Shown one piece after another: positions 1 through 10,559 of a DNA stretch of 64,000 nt (the stretch's first letter is position 1; each line of letters begins with the position of its first letter). The notes under the pieces were generated by a model. That model was given only the letters and a program-made list of their open reading frames with translations, did not search any database and had not been told where the DNA came from. This DNA comes from an uncultured Nitrososphaerales archaeon (GTDB taxonomy: Archaea > Thermoproteota > Nitrososphaeria > Nitrososphaerales > Nitrososphaeraceae). Where the stretch lies: NCBI GenBank assembly GCA_963695855.1, contig CAVOHZ010000010.1, positions 416,001 to 480,000 of the forward strand, read 5' to 3'. The position numbers and the translations under genes were made by a program.

Positions 1-2
1 AA

Positions 3-392
3 CCAATAATAAAAAATAAACTAATAGATTTTTATAAATTAGAGAAAGATGATCAAATCGAAATAATTGATTTAGTATTGGAATCCATACCAAATGTAGA
101 TGTCAATAAAATTCAAGAATTAATTACAACGTGGTTCGAAGTTCTCTCAAAGTTTGATAATAAAAAAATTACATATATGATGCAGATCTATCTTGAAGAA
201 ATAGTCAAAAGATCTGATCTGATTTCTAAATTAATTCCGCCTGTAATTAAAGCAATAAAGAATTTGAAGGAAGATGAAAAAGAGATACTAAGAATTTGCT
301 TCTTGGAAACATTATTTACTATTAGTTTTCGAAAAGAGATTATTAAAAGCCTTGATATTTCGTCACTTGATTTATTAAAGATTGCAAAATAA
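3..392 (+). CDS. Hypothetical protein, 5'-truncated by the window edge
   Basis: Frame of ORF 78..392 is open back to position 3; no recognisable motif. Confidence 0.7.
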   Translation, partial: PIIKNKLIDFYKLEKDDQIEIIDLVLESIPNVDVNKIQELITTWFEVLSKFDNKKITYMMQIYLEEIVKRSDLISKLIPPVIKAIKNLKEDEKEILRICFLETLFTISFRKEIIKSLDISSLDLLKIAK

Positions 393-477
393 AGATTCTA
401 AATTAACTAAACTAACTGCTAAATATCATATATACATAAATTTTTTAAAAAAAGATAAAAAAAGTGAGAAAGGTTGT

Positions 478-858
478 CTATGGTTGAAGCAGTTTTATTG
501 CTTCATTGGCATGCATTAATGCAGAATCTTTGTTTCCGTCTTTTACCATTTTAATAGCCGCTTCTACTCTCTTTTCTGCAGTTTTATCTGTCATATCCTC
601 CATCAAGCCCTCAACTTGAATAAGAAGTTTTTTTGCCTGATTTGTATCATCATTATTTATTGCCGCAATCGCATCTTGTATTAATTTAATTTCTTCAGAA
701 AATTGGCCACTTTGAGCCACATCAACTGAATTGGTTGTGTTCTCATTTTGGGAGAATGAAGGTACAGTATTGTTTGCTGATAGCAAAAATGCAAATGCTA
801 ATACTGTTGCACTTATTCCTGATAAAATTTTTTTTGTATACATAAAAAAAGGGTACAT
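478..858 (-). CDS. Secreted helical hypothetical protein
   Basis: N-terminal signal-like segment followed by amphipathic helices; TATATATA just upstream. Confidence 0.75.
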   Translation of the reverse strand: MYPFFMYTKKILSGISATVLAFAFLLSANNTVPSFSQNENTTNSVDVAQSGQFSEEIKLIQDAIAAINNDDTNQAKKLLIQVEGLMEDMTDKTAEKRVEAAIKMVKDGNKDSALMHANEAIKLLQP

Positions 859-1046
859 ATAATCGATATATATACATTTCTCATTTCATAGATTATTGTT
901 ACCATTTGATCGATAATTAACAACATATTAATATATTTATTAATGGCGTTATATTTTCTACAGTTACAAAATAAAATAAGGATAAAAAATGATCCTGGAA
1001 CACTATCGTTGTTACACCATTGTCTTGATCCAAGACACATAGTAAG

Positions 1047-1499
1047 CTATTTTCTAGCTTTGATATCGACCAGTTTCCTTTCCTTACCTCGCTGTATAGA
1101 ACATATCAGATAAATGGACAATCCTGATATCAATACTTGCAAAATCTTACTTGTAATATCCATTTTTCCAATATAGTACTCTATTCCTATTGGAGGAACT
1201 CCCACAGTTCGTGAAGCAATATAAATTCCTATCAGGGTGATCGAACCCGCTGTCAAAACTATATATGGTAATACTGATGACAGTTTTTTCTTTAACATCC
1301 AAATCACAGTAAGAATATAACCTGCTCCAGTAGTCAAGAACAATGTCATCTCGATCTGCTTTTCCTGTATTTCACCCATTACGCCAGCATCAATAAAATC
1401 GATGTAGTCCGAATACTCGCCAGAAGCCACATAAAAATACACGATGGCAGTAGATACCACTATCCCAGCAAGAAGATATACTAATATTTTTGAAAGCAC
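1047..1499 (-). CDS. Membrane protein with about 4 TM helices
   Basis: Four hydrophobic segments; YIASRTVGVP motif. Confidence 0.8.
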   Translation of the reverse strand: MLSKILVYLLAGIVVSTAIVYFYVASGEYSDYIDFIDAGVMGEIQEKQIEMTLFLTTGAGYILTVIWMLKKKLSSVLPYIVLTAGSITLIGIYIASRTVGVPPIGIEYYIGKMDITSKILQVLISGLSIYLICSIQRGKERKLVDIKARK

Positions 1500-1536
1500 G
1501 TTACTATTTTCTTAAGATATTATAATAACACTGAAG

Positions 1537-1568
1537 TAACAAAGTTCAGAATACATAGAACTTTGTTA
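1537..1568. promoter_or_regulatory. Perfect 11-bp inverted repeat, putative operator
   Basis: TAACAAAGTTC-N10-GAACTTTGTTA just upstream of the TATA-like box of 1047..1499. Confidence 0.5.
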
Positions 1569-1579
1569 TATGGTTTTGG

Positions 1580-1684
1580 TAAGAGAAACTTATATTTCTA
1601 TAATTTTGTTATATAAAACATAAATATAACAAAATAAGAGAAACTTATATTTCTATAATTTTGTTATATAAAACATAAATATAA
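1580..1684. repeat. 50-bp direct repeat, two copies, period 55
   Basis: 1580-1629 is identical to 1635-1684. Confidence 0.95.
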
Positions 1685-2917
1685 TAATACTTTTGTTTGA
1701 AAAAATTCTTGATATAACTATGGTAATTAACAATCACTGTTACAATCAATGGATTATTCGTATATGCCGATCTTTGGTATTTTTGGAAATTTTATTATTA
1801 TATATTTTCGTAAGTTATTATTTTTCAATAATACAGATTTATTACAATAAGGTAAATTTACAAATTTCCGTCAAATTCTCATAACCAAAAATACTAGATT
1901 TTGAAGGAAATATTGGCGTGAATCATTTTGGTATTTACAAATACTAGATGACAACGAAGAGAGGTCAAATTATAATTTTCTATGACTGATATCAATGCAC
2001 ACAGCAGCCAATAGATTAACAGTAAGATTACCAATTGGATTGTAAAGATACATGTAAAAAATAATATATTATATTATTTTGTCAAAAATCAATACTAAAA
2101 ATTTCAAAACCTTTCCACATTTCTATTCGTGTTCATATAGAGATTCTATGTTTCTAAAAACTTTTGATTGGACATTCAACACTTTTATCATATCAAATCT
2201 CTTATACATAATCTTAGATTGGGTTTTTTCATCTTGTTTCTGCATTCCTATTATATTTTTCATATTATTACCTCAATATTAATAGCATAATACTCGAACT
2301 TTGTATTTTACACATTACTGAAACTTGAGTTCACTATAATATCTGTTAGTCATATTTATCCAAACTCCTTTCTAATTTTGATCCCTTTAGTTCAATGTTT
2401 TTAAAAATTTATTTCCGTACTTACTATTATTGATAACTTGTCATCTTATCAGTACAGACTATTTTTTTAGACTGCTTCTTTTCGAATTTATTTCAACTAA
2501 TATATGTCTTTTATAACTAACTTTAATGAGAGATGAAATGATATTTCTGGCATTGAACTATTGTTTTTATTAATAAATTCCTGTAATATCTTATAGAAAC
2601 AAGATCATTGATGACCATAGAAAGAGGTGCAAATTATATCTCAGTACTTCTTTTCGAATCATGTTATTTTTGTTTCAATATTCTATTCTGGAGCGACGAT
2701 TATTTGTGACCCATTGTGTTGATATGATTGTTTTTTCTTATATGCAAACATGAGGAGAGTATAGAAAGTCATATAACATGATAATCAATCGTCCTAATCT
2801 AGATTTTCGATTAATTTATTTAATATCATATAAAGTTTCTCTCATTTTTTTGAAACTTTTGGACCAAATAGATGTATATATATGTCAGTGTAAACAATAT
2901 TGCTCTAGCTTTATTAA

Positions 2918-3223
2918 TTGGGAAAACCGAAAAGATTCTCCGCTGAATATACAATGCTCACAATATTGGAGTATTTATGCCTGAATTCCAAGAATACTCC
3001 GGTTAGTAAATACCACATAATGACCAAAATTCAAGAAATAAAACAACAGCGTCCAGACAGGATCTCTATCCTTTTAAATAAATTAGAACAAAATGGTTAT
3101 GTTTCCTCGATAGAAACATCAAATGCGAGATTTTATACAATAACCCAGAAAGGAATATCTGAATATTTGAAGTGGGTTAAGGATTTTCTCTTGTTTGTAA
3201 GAACTAACAATGAAATGACTTGA
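2918..3223 (+). CDS. Winged-helix transcriptional regulator
   Basis: LNKLEQNGYV...YTITQKG wHTH signature. Confidence 0.8.
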   Translation: MGKPKRFSAEYTMLTILEYLCLNSKNTPVSKYHIMTKIQEIKQQRPDRISILLNKLEQNGYVSSIETSNARFYTITQKGISEYLKWVKDFLLFVRTNNEMT

Positions 3224-3247
3224 GTAGTTGAAAGATACTTGAAGCAG

Positions 3248-4027
3248 TTAAATTACAATAGTAGGTTTTTCAACTAAGATAATTTTTTTGACAACGTCAT
3301 CAGTCGATAAGTGAACAAAATCATACACATCGCTAGAAATCTCTTCTGAAACGATTAAGGCAAGACCAATTTTATTTTTATAAGAATACTCCTTTAGCGC
3401 CTTCGTAAAAGAATTGAGGATTTTGGTATCAACCAAATCATCATAAATATTAATAATTATTGCACCGTATTCTTGCATGGAACGAGAAAGATCGTTATCG
3501 TCTTTTACGGTTGTATTATCTACCAATATATTAAATACATTTCCACCAAAATTGACGTCGAAGAATTCATCATGTACAGGTCTTGTTTCCAAGTAATTTT
3601 GCAGAGAGACGTTTATTGGTTCAAGAATTGATGATACAGAAGATAAAACTTCATCCTTGTTTCTGTTAGAAATCATCATTTTAATCTCTGCAGTTAATGA
3701 ATTTTTTTCGAAAAGATTGGCCCATTTTTCCAATAATCGCTCAAATTTATATAGAGGTCTAAGAACGATTGTTAAAATGACAAGCATGATTAAAGATAAA
3801 GAAATAATCAACATATCAATAGATTTATCTGCGATAAACAATTTTAATCCCATATCAGCCGACAAATCTAGCACAGTTAATGAGATTAATCCAATAATAG
3901 TTGCGATAAGATATGGAAATTTTTTAGTAATGCATTTTATAAAGATTGACGCTTCATGTCCGTATCTAGTTGGCAAGGTAGGAGAATCCGAATCAAAATA
4001 CCGTGAATTACCACTTGTATTTACCAT
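3248..4027 (-). CDS. 2-TM membrane protein with cytoplasmic alpha/beta domain
   Basis: Two N-terminal TM helices; convergent with the wHTH gene. Confidence 0.8.
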   Translation of the reverse strand: MVNTSGNSRYFDSDSPTLPTRYGHEASIFIKCITKKFPYLIATIIGLISLTVLDLSADMGLKLFIADKSIDMLIISLSLIMLVILTIVLRPLYKFERLLEKWANLFEKNSLTAEIKMMISNRNKDEVLSSVSSILEPINVSLQNYLETRPVHDEFFDVNFGGNVFNILVDNTTVKDDNDLSRSMQEYGAIIINIYDDLVDTKILNSFTKALKEYSYKNKIGLALIVSEEISSDVYDFVHLSTDDVVKKIILVEKPTIVI

Positions 4028-4179
4028 ATTTTCTTGATATTTCTTTATGAATTTTTAACTATTTAAGCAGTAATAGAACTATTTTACTGTAGTACAGGTA
4101 AAATAACTATTTTTTGGCTGTCCTAAGTTAAACCACTTTATCTATGTTAGACCCAAAATTAGAATAATTATTACCGCTT

Positions 4180-4430
4180 ATAGGGCCATCATACATACAA
4201 ACAAAGGTTTGTACCCGGTTATTTACATATAATAAGATCATTCAATTTGCACACATGGACGGTACTTATCAAGATTTTCTATTCTATCATAGAAATGTTG
4301 ATTGATTTTTCCCATCTGATATTTCTTTAAAGGAGGATGTAGATGAGGTTTAAATTCTAAGACATCGCATCCTTGATCACATACCATATACTTCCTTTTG
4401 TTTTGTATCTGTATGTTTAGAACGTTTTTC
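4180..4430 (-). pseudogene. Decayed DDE (IS6-like) transposase fragment
   Basis: Minus strand translates as GCDVLEFKPHLHPPLKK..INQHFYDRIENLDKYRPC, resembling thaumarchaeal DDE transposase C-termini; contains stops; boundaries approximate. Confidence 0.6.
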
Positions 4431-4621
4431 GCCTAAAGTAAAAGTCCAAAATTTAAAATTAAATTTAAAAACTAAATTGTGACTGTAAAAAGAAAATTTC
4501 TTATTAGAATGTGAATAAGACACAACGAAAGGTAATAAAAAACATCAACTTTCTACTGTAGATATATTTTTAGAATACTAAAAATTACTAACCATGATAA
4601 ATGTTAGAAGATAAGTACATA

Positions 4622-4870
4622 TCACGGATTATCTGGGTTCTTTTGTATTTCTTCGCCCTGTTCTAGACCAAAGAATATCCTCTCGTGTTTTTTCAGTGCT
4701 TTTCTATGTTCTGCTAGTGACATATCTAATCTCATTTCATTTATAACCATAACTGCATAAGCTGTCCACTCCTTCCAACATTCAGGACAGGATGAATATT
4801 TTTGTGCCCCTGGGTCATTGACTAAATTTTCGTCAAAAGTTTTTTTACATTTAGAACATGTTTTAGCCAT
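4622..4870 (-). CDS. Fe(II)-trafficking protein, YggX-like
   Basis: CWKEW....MVINEMRLDM..AEHRK.L......FF pattern, plus an extra N-terminal CxxC. Confidence 0.75.
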   Translation of the reverse strand: MAKTCSKCKKTFDENLVNDPGAQKYSSCPECWKEWTAYAVMVINEMRLDMSLAEHRKALKKHERIFFGLEQGEEIQKNPDNP

Positions 4871-4954
4871 CTGATTTTAAATATATAAATTAGACTATAT
4901 TTTATTCTTCTGGATTTCCATATATTGGATTCTTATCTATCTATTTATGATGTG

Positions 4955-5170
4955 TTATTTCTTTTTCATAACGTTGTACGAATGCGATTTTTTTATATGA
5001 TCTCGCATTTGTTCCATCCCATCAAAACTCATGTTGCATTTGTTGCATGTGTATGATCTACCGGTTCCATGAATTACCTGTTGGTGCTGCATAGATTCTT
5101 CTATCTTTCTAAATTTTTTTTTACATATTTTACACTCATATCTTCTGAAAACTTTTTCAAAAGAAATCAA
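4955..5170 (-). CDS. Protein with two C2H2 zinc fingers
   Basis: CKIC..HQQVIH and CNKC..HIKKSH. Confidence 0.85.
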   Translation of the reverse strand: MISFEKVFRRYECKICKKKFRKIEESMQHQQVIHGTGRSYTCNKCNMSFDGMEQMRDHIKKSHSYNVMKKK

Positions 5171-5329
5171 TAGTTGAGTAGTGCTTGAAAAAATATAAAA
5201 ACATTTGGTCTGCAGAGTAATATAGATGCAAAAAGGATCTGTTCATTTAAGATAACATTCAGCTTCTTCAACTGTAAATTATTATCATTTCTTATTGTGT
5301 AATATACATCCAAAAAACAAAGAATTGTA

Positions 5330-5700
5330 TCCACTTACGTATATGAATTAAATTTCAATAATCTTTTAATCTTTCTCTCCTCTTCACACATGGATAGTAG
5401 TAGTCATCAAGATATCCTATTCTATCATTGAAATATTGATTGATTGATTGATTTTTTCCATGACACTCCTAAATGAATGTAGTTTGTTTTCAATCCCTAG
5501 ATGTTGCATCATTCGTCAAACCCCGTATCGCCTTTATGTCTACTTATCCATACCTTTGAACCAGATATCTAATGAATTTTTCAGCAACACGTTTGCTTTA
5601 GCTTGGGACGTCAATTCGAACAATTGAATTGGTTATTGTTTCTATACTAACCCATTGCCAGAAATCTTGATAACAATTTTGAATAATGATTCATCCATCT
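5330..5700 (-). pseudogene. Second decayed DDE (IS6-like) transposase fragment
   Basis: Minus strand reads QYFNDRIGYLDDYYYPC, same family as 4180-4430; frameshifted; boundaries approximate. Confidence 0.55.
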
Positions 5701-6665
5701 ATAACGAGGACTGTTAGTCTTTTTCTGTGTTTTACAGACATCACCTGACCGTCTCTGGATCCAATTCTACGCAGACATGTAAGTTCTTTCTTCTGGCTAT
5801 ATTCAAAGAGTATTAACGTTTTGGACGTGCTATGTAACCTTAAACGAGACAATATAGATTTAAACATTGCATTAAAGCAAGGCTGGATTATCTATATCAT
5901 TCATTTAATTTTTATATCATGCATAAGTAGAACGTTCTCTTCTATCCGTTTTTTTGCCTTAATAGACCATGAAAAACAGAAAAATAAGAAATACGTCACG
6001 AGATAACTTTAACTCCAGTATCTGAATAAGTAAGAGTAAGGATACGGATCTGATAAAATAGAATAAAAGATTTATCGATAATGCCTTAACTAGGATTTCA
6101 AATAATGTGGGCATTAATGAAAAACCCTGGTTGTTCATTCTATTCTTCGTTTTACATAAAAATAAATACAAAAAATATTGTAGACCTCTGGCAGCATAGC
6201 CTAATGGGCTCGAATGACCTGTTCACAATTATTTGCTAGAATATCGCCGTCGTCAGAATCGTAGTCGAGCACTTTATCATAGTTTTCTCCGCAATCAAAG
6301 TAATCTGCTCCTGGACCACCTTCAAGCATATCTTCTCCAAAGTCACCATACATCTCGTTGCTTTGTGATCGGATTGGCGAAAAACAACAAAATATTAAAA
6401 TCTTATTTTAGCAAGTCTATACTGTACAAAAATAAAAAAGTTATTTATCTTGTTATATACCTATCAAATATAATTATATATTTTTTCATCTTTGTTACAA
6501 GAACAACAAAGTATTTTGTTCAGATCAAGCCATGAATTCTTGTATATCCTGAAAGTGTATAAATAATTAGGATGGCGCGATAGCTTCAAAGCGATTGATC
6601 AGAATTTCAGGCCAAAAGATAATTGTAGCTAATAGCAGAGGACATTTTAAAAAATAATACGTCTA

Positions 6666-7382
6666 TTAGTCGATTTCCTTTCCTATATCTTCTATATCTG
6701 TCTTGTCTTGAGAGGATCCAATGCCAAATTTTTCTAGATGAGATTTAAGCTTGGTTGGTTGGGCGAAAATTTTCATATCATCATGATAACTTTCAATTAC
6801 TTCACAATTGATATTTTGAATATCGCCATCATCGAGATCGAAATCGATTATAATATCAAAGTTTTCACCACAATCAAAAGTGTCCGCTCCTTTTCCTCCA
6901 ATCAATACGTCAGTACCCAGGCCTCCATAAAGTTCATCATCACCTTTTCCTCCCACTAATAAGTTTGAACCTATACTAACCTTTAGAATATCATTACCAG
7001 GACCTCCGAATATTTTATCGTCGCCTCCCGCGCCTGAAATTTTATCATTTCCGTCATCGCCATATAGTACATCATTACCCTCTGCCCCTTGGATAACATC
7101 GTCTTTTTCAAGCCCTCTCACAAGATCCCCTGCATTACAACCACCAGGTCCTGTATTAAGTGGTGAAAATGGGCAACCCACAATTACGTCATTACATTTT
7201 GACCCAATAGTTGTAGTACCAGTACCTATTATGACATTGGCATCCTTCTTATCACAATCTTGCTTGGCTACTACGTAGACTACAAGTTGCTCAGAAAATA
7301 TCATAAAAGAAAATATTGGTGCAATAATTACTATTGAAATCACAATTTTATAAAATGACATTAAAGGAATAACATTAATCAA
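6666..7382 (-). CDS. Secreted calcium-binding protein with RTX/hemolysin-type GGxGxD repeats
   Basis: Repeated GxxGxDxLxG nonapeptides; signal/TM segment. Confidence 0.9.
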   Translation of the reverse strand: MINVIPLMSFYKIVISIVIIAPIFSFMIFSEQLVVYVVAKQDCDKKDANVIIGTGTTTIGSKCNDVIVGCPFSPLNTGPGGCNAGDLVRGLEKDDVIQGAEGNDVLYGDDGNDKISGAGGDDKIFGGPGNDILKVSIGSNLLVGGKGDDELYGGLGTDVLIGGKGADTFDCGENFDIIIDFDLDDGDIQNINCEVIESYHDDMKIFAQPTKLKSHLEKFGIGSSQDKTDIEDIGKEID

Positions 7383-7608
7383 GCAATCTCTCTTTTGTTA
7401 GTAGGATCATATTTAAAAAGTATTCTCAATGTTATTCTATCAAAAAAATAGCTAAAAATTATCATTATCTTTATAAAATATTTCCGAAAAAAGAGTGTAA
7501 TGAATCTCGTACAATTACACTAGATTGAATTTTATTCTAAAATCCTGTTATCGGTTTATGTCAATAGTATAGCGCAAAAGTAAAAAATAGACATTACCTT
7601 GAAATATT

Positions 7609-7764
7609 CTATGAAATTGAGTTACCCTTCCTAGTTGCCTCGGCCGTAACTGCCGATATAGTTCCGATACTCACATTCATTAATTTGTGGATTTCAAGAG
7701 TCGAAAACCCTTCTAAATATTTTGTAATAATTTCTGATTTTGTTGATTCGGGAACAGGTCTCAC
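7609..7764 (-). CDS. Short HTH protein or N-terminal fragment (51 aa, GTG start)
   Basis: Manual translation MRPVPESTKSEIITKYLEGFSTLEIHKLMNVSIGTISAV.. has an HTH pattern; below the ORF-track cutoff. Confidence 0.45.
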   Translation of the reverse strand: MRPVPESTKSEIITKYLEGFSTLEIHKLMNVSIGTISAVTAEATRKGNSIS

Positions 7765-8565
7765 TTAAAACAAGAATGGGAATTTATTTAAAACATTTAC
7801 ATGTATTTAAAAAAATGTGAATTTAAAAGCTATTAAATTCTAATATTCGAGGTCCTAGTATTCGAGGTGATTTACACTAAATTTTAATTTTTTTTAGATT
7901 AATTATTCGAATAAACATATCTATTACTTTTTTGGATGACCTAGCTTATTAAATATATATCCGTAAAAAATTCAAATGATAACGCCAGGTAAATACCAAT
8001 CCATAAATAGGATACATCAATTTCTTATTCTAGTATTGCCATAGTGATATATCTATATGAGCACAAAATAGCTGTTTTGAACAGTACTTGAAAGGCATTT
8101 GAAAATTATATGAAAGCTAAAAAATACTTAATTGAAAAGCTCATGAAACGTATTTGAAAATGACCTGAAAACCACTTGAAATATTTTGTTAATATATTTA
8201 TCCAGTCATAATCTTTGAATCTCTTTTAGAATGCAGATAAAATAAAAGATTTGTAGTATAACATTTGTACTAGTCAAATGTTTAACCAATCGATGATATT
8301 TGGACGAATTAGACTAATCAAATGGAAAGGGATGATTATTTAGTATTTATAGATTAGGTATAAACCGGTCAAAATGGTTAAAGTGGTATACAACAAATAC
8401 TAATGATGGAAAAGTTAAACGAACGCCCCTGCCAAAAAATAACCTCCGATAAATAATTATGCTGTTATCCGATTATACGAATACCAATATAGTTTCTTGC
8501 ACATTAAATAACTATCAGCTATCTTTAACCTATTCTAAAAATATAAAAATTAAAATAAAAAGAAC

Positions 8566-8700
8566 TTACCTTTTTGATTTGAATGCTAACTTCTCTATGG
8601 CTTGACTATAATTAGTCATCCCCATTTTCTTTGCATACTCTTCAATAATTAACAAGTCATCTGGTTTAAAACATATAGGCATACTTCTCTTCTCACTCAT
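8566..8700 (-). CDS. Small RHH-like protein (44 aa)
   Basis: Manual translation MSEKRSMPICFKPDDLLIIEEYAKKMGMTNYSQAIEKLAFKSKR; strand-helix-G-helix pattern. Confidence 0.65.
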   Translation of the reverse strand: MSEKRSMPICFKPDDLLIIEEYAKKMGMTNYSQAIEKLAFKSKR

Positions 8701-8793
8701 ACTTTAAGAGACGAGTCTGTACTTTTTATGTGTTTCCAAAATTTTTATCCATTTTCAATTATAAAGATTATAAATTAAATTAAAATAAATTAT

Positions 8794-9186
8794 TTATCCC
8801 TTAGCTCTCACTATCTTGACTCTATCAAGAACCTTCCAGTATTCAATTTCTCCTCCTTGCACAATCTTATCTCTTACCTCTTCCTCGACCGAAGAAGTTT
8901 CAAATACCTCAAACGTATCCAGATCCATTATTTGTAATAAAGAACCTGTTATAGAAACTATTTGACCACTTCTTTTGTCTATCAATGGAACTTCCACATT
9001 AGCAGAAACAGGTGAAACCATGCTATGCTTGGATCCGTCAAAAACACCTATTGCTGAGACTCGAGCTTTTGCAGATCCATGTTTTCCCGGTTTGCTATGA
9101 TCATAAGAAACTATTCTACAAGGTTCATTATCAATAATAATGTAGGATCCGACTTTTAAACTTCCAAGATCCATTGGTTTACTCAT
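8794..9186 (-). CDS. eif5a: Translation factor aIF5A
   Basis: Hypusine loop SKPGKHGSAK. Confidence 0.97.
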   Translation of the reverse strand: MSKPMDLGSLKVGSYIIIDNEPCRIVSYDHSKPGKHGSAKARVSAIGVFDGSKHSMVSPVSANVEVPLIDKRSGQIVSITGSLLQIMDLDTFEVFETSSVEEEVRDKIVQGGEIEYWKVLDRVKIVRAKG

Positions 9187-10283
9187 AATTATTCAAAGAG
9201 GAAACATGTTGGTATATAATATTTCTGTTTCATCTTGAATATTCTAAGCGAATTTTACTTTTTGACAATATTTCTAAATAGACTTGGAAATATCGCCAGA
9301 GTCATCAACCGAGTTGAAGAAACATAAAACCAAAAAAATTCTAAGCTCAGTCCGTTGATCAAGTACTGGCTATTGTACTAGAGAGTTGAATAAGTTATTT
9401 TGTTGTTCCATGATTATATTGGGTATCTTTCCCATATCGCCTTATACTTTCTCAGATTCTTCTGGGTTACTTTCTTTCTCGGAGAAATTCCCATATTTGT
9501 ACAATTATTTATGCTTGCTCAGAATTATCGAATATGAATTATTGTCGTAATGGTCCCAGATGTGGTGTAGAGCATCTATCCCATCTTCCAAGCTCTTTGT
9601 CATCTGGAGGGCTAACTTTTATCTGTTTGTTTATTTTTATATTTAGACATATATTTACCAGCGGTATATTGAAGTTTATTCTATCTCAAGGTCTGTTACG
9701 GTTTAAAGTATATGGTTTACCATCGTGATTTGGGCCTTCTGCTGCTAATATATCGCTATGTCCTTGAAATATCTCGGTAATATCTATTCTATTAATGATT
9801 GTTGGTTGGTAATCTCTCCGGGGTTCGGTAAAATGTTGACAATTCTTTATGAATTAATTATTGTATAATATCACCACAGTAATGATAGAATAATTAATTT
9901 ATTTTTTTAACGAAAAATACTTATTTTAACATAGACATATAGAAACTCGATACGCTTGCTCTTACTCCACAGCAGAGAAAGTAAGAGGCCAAATCTAGAT
10001 AATAGTTTCACTATAACAGACTCTATACAAGATAGTAAATAATTATAATGATGGAAGAGGGATTTCAGGGCGATGACTTAAAGCAAACTACCGCGAGGTA
10101 AAATCCTCTGACTCAAATTAAACTATTAAACTCAATACGTTTAGATAATTGATACCAACAACACTACCAACACACAATGAGATAAATAGATAAAAAATGA
10201 ATGAGACGTAGCAGAACATAAACAAAATATGCTAAAAAAATAAACAAATGACTTTTAATATATAAAATAACAGGAACCGGATT

Positions 10284-10421
10284 ATGAATAATACGTGTTG
10301 CTACGGCTGTAATACTCCCATATTCTGGCATACCATCCGAGGAGAATATTGGGAGCTATACACAAACAAGAAACATAAATGTCCCTTTCTGCAGAAACAA
10401 CAACTACAAGAAATAAAATAA
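10284..10421 (+). CDS. Small Cys/His zinc-binding protein (45 aa)
   Basis: Manual translation MNNTCCYGCNTPIFWHTIRGEYWELYTNKKHKCPF..; CxxxC...HxC. Confidence 0.55.
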   Translation: MNNTCCYGCNTPIFWHTIRGEYWELYTNKKHKCPFLQKQQLQEIK

Positions 10422-10559
10422 TGAAGATATTATTATAATCTTCTTGTGTGGTTATTGTTGTTATAGGGATATTATTATGAGATCAGTAATATTTTGAAAT
10501 ATGTAAGTTTCTGTTTCAATTGTTAGTACCTATGAACGTATATAATGACAGCAAAAAAT

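Noticed and set aside
2079-2700. Short ORFs and a possible transposase relic
   Set aside because: Too degenerate to assign by eye
9300-9850. Possible decayed gene
   Set aside because: No recognisable motif in any frame
10081-10110. c-di-GMP-I or fluoride riboswitch
   Set aside because: GCAAAC and a GNRA hairpin are present, but the downstream conserved elements are missing
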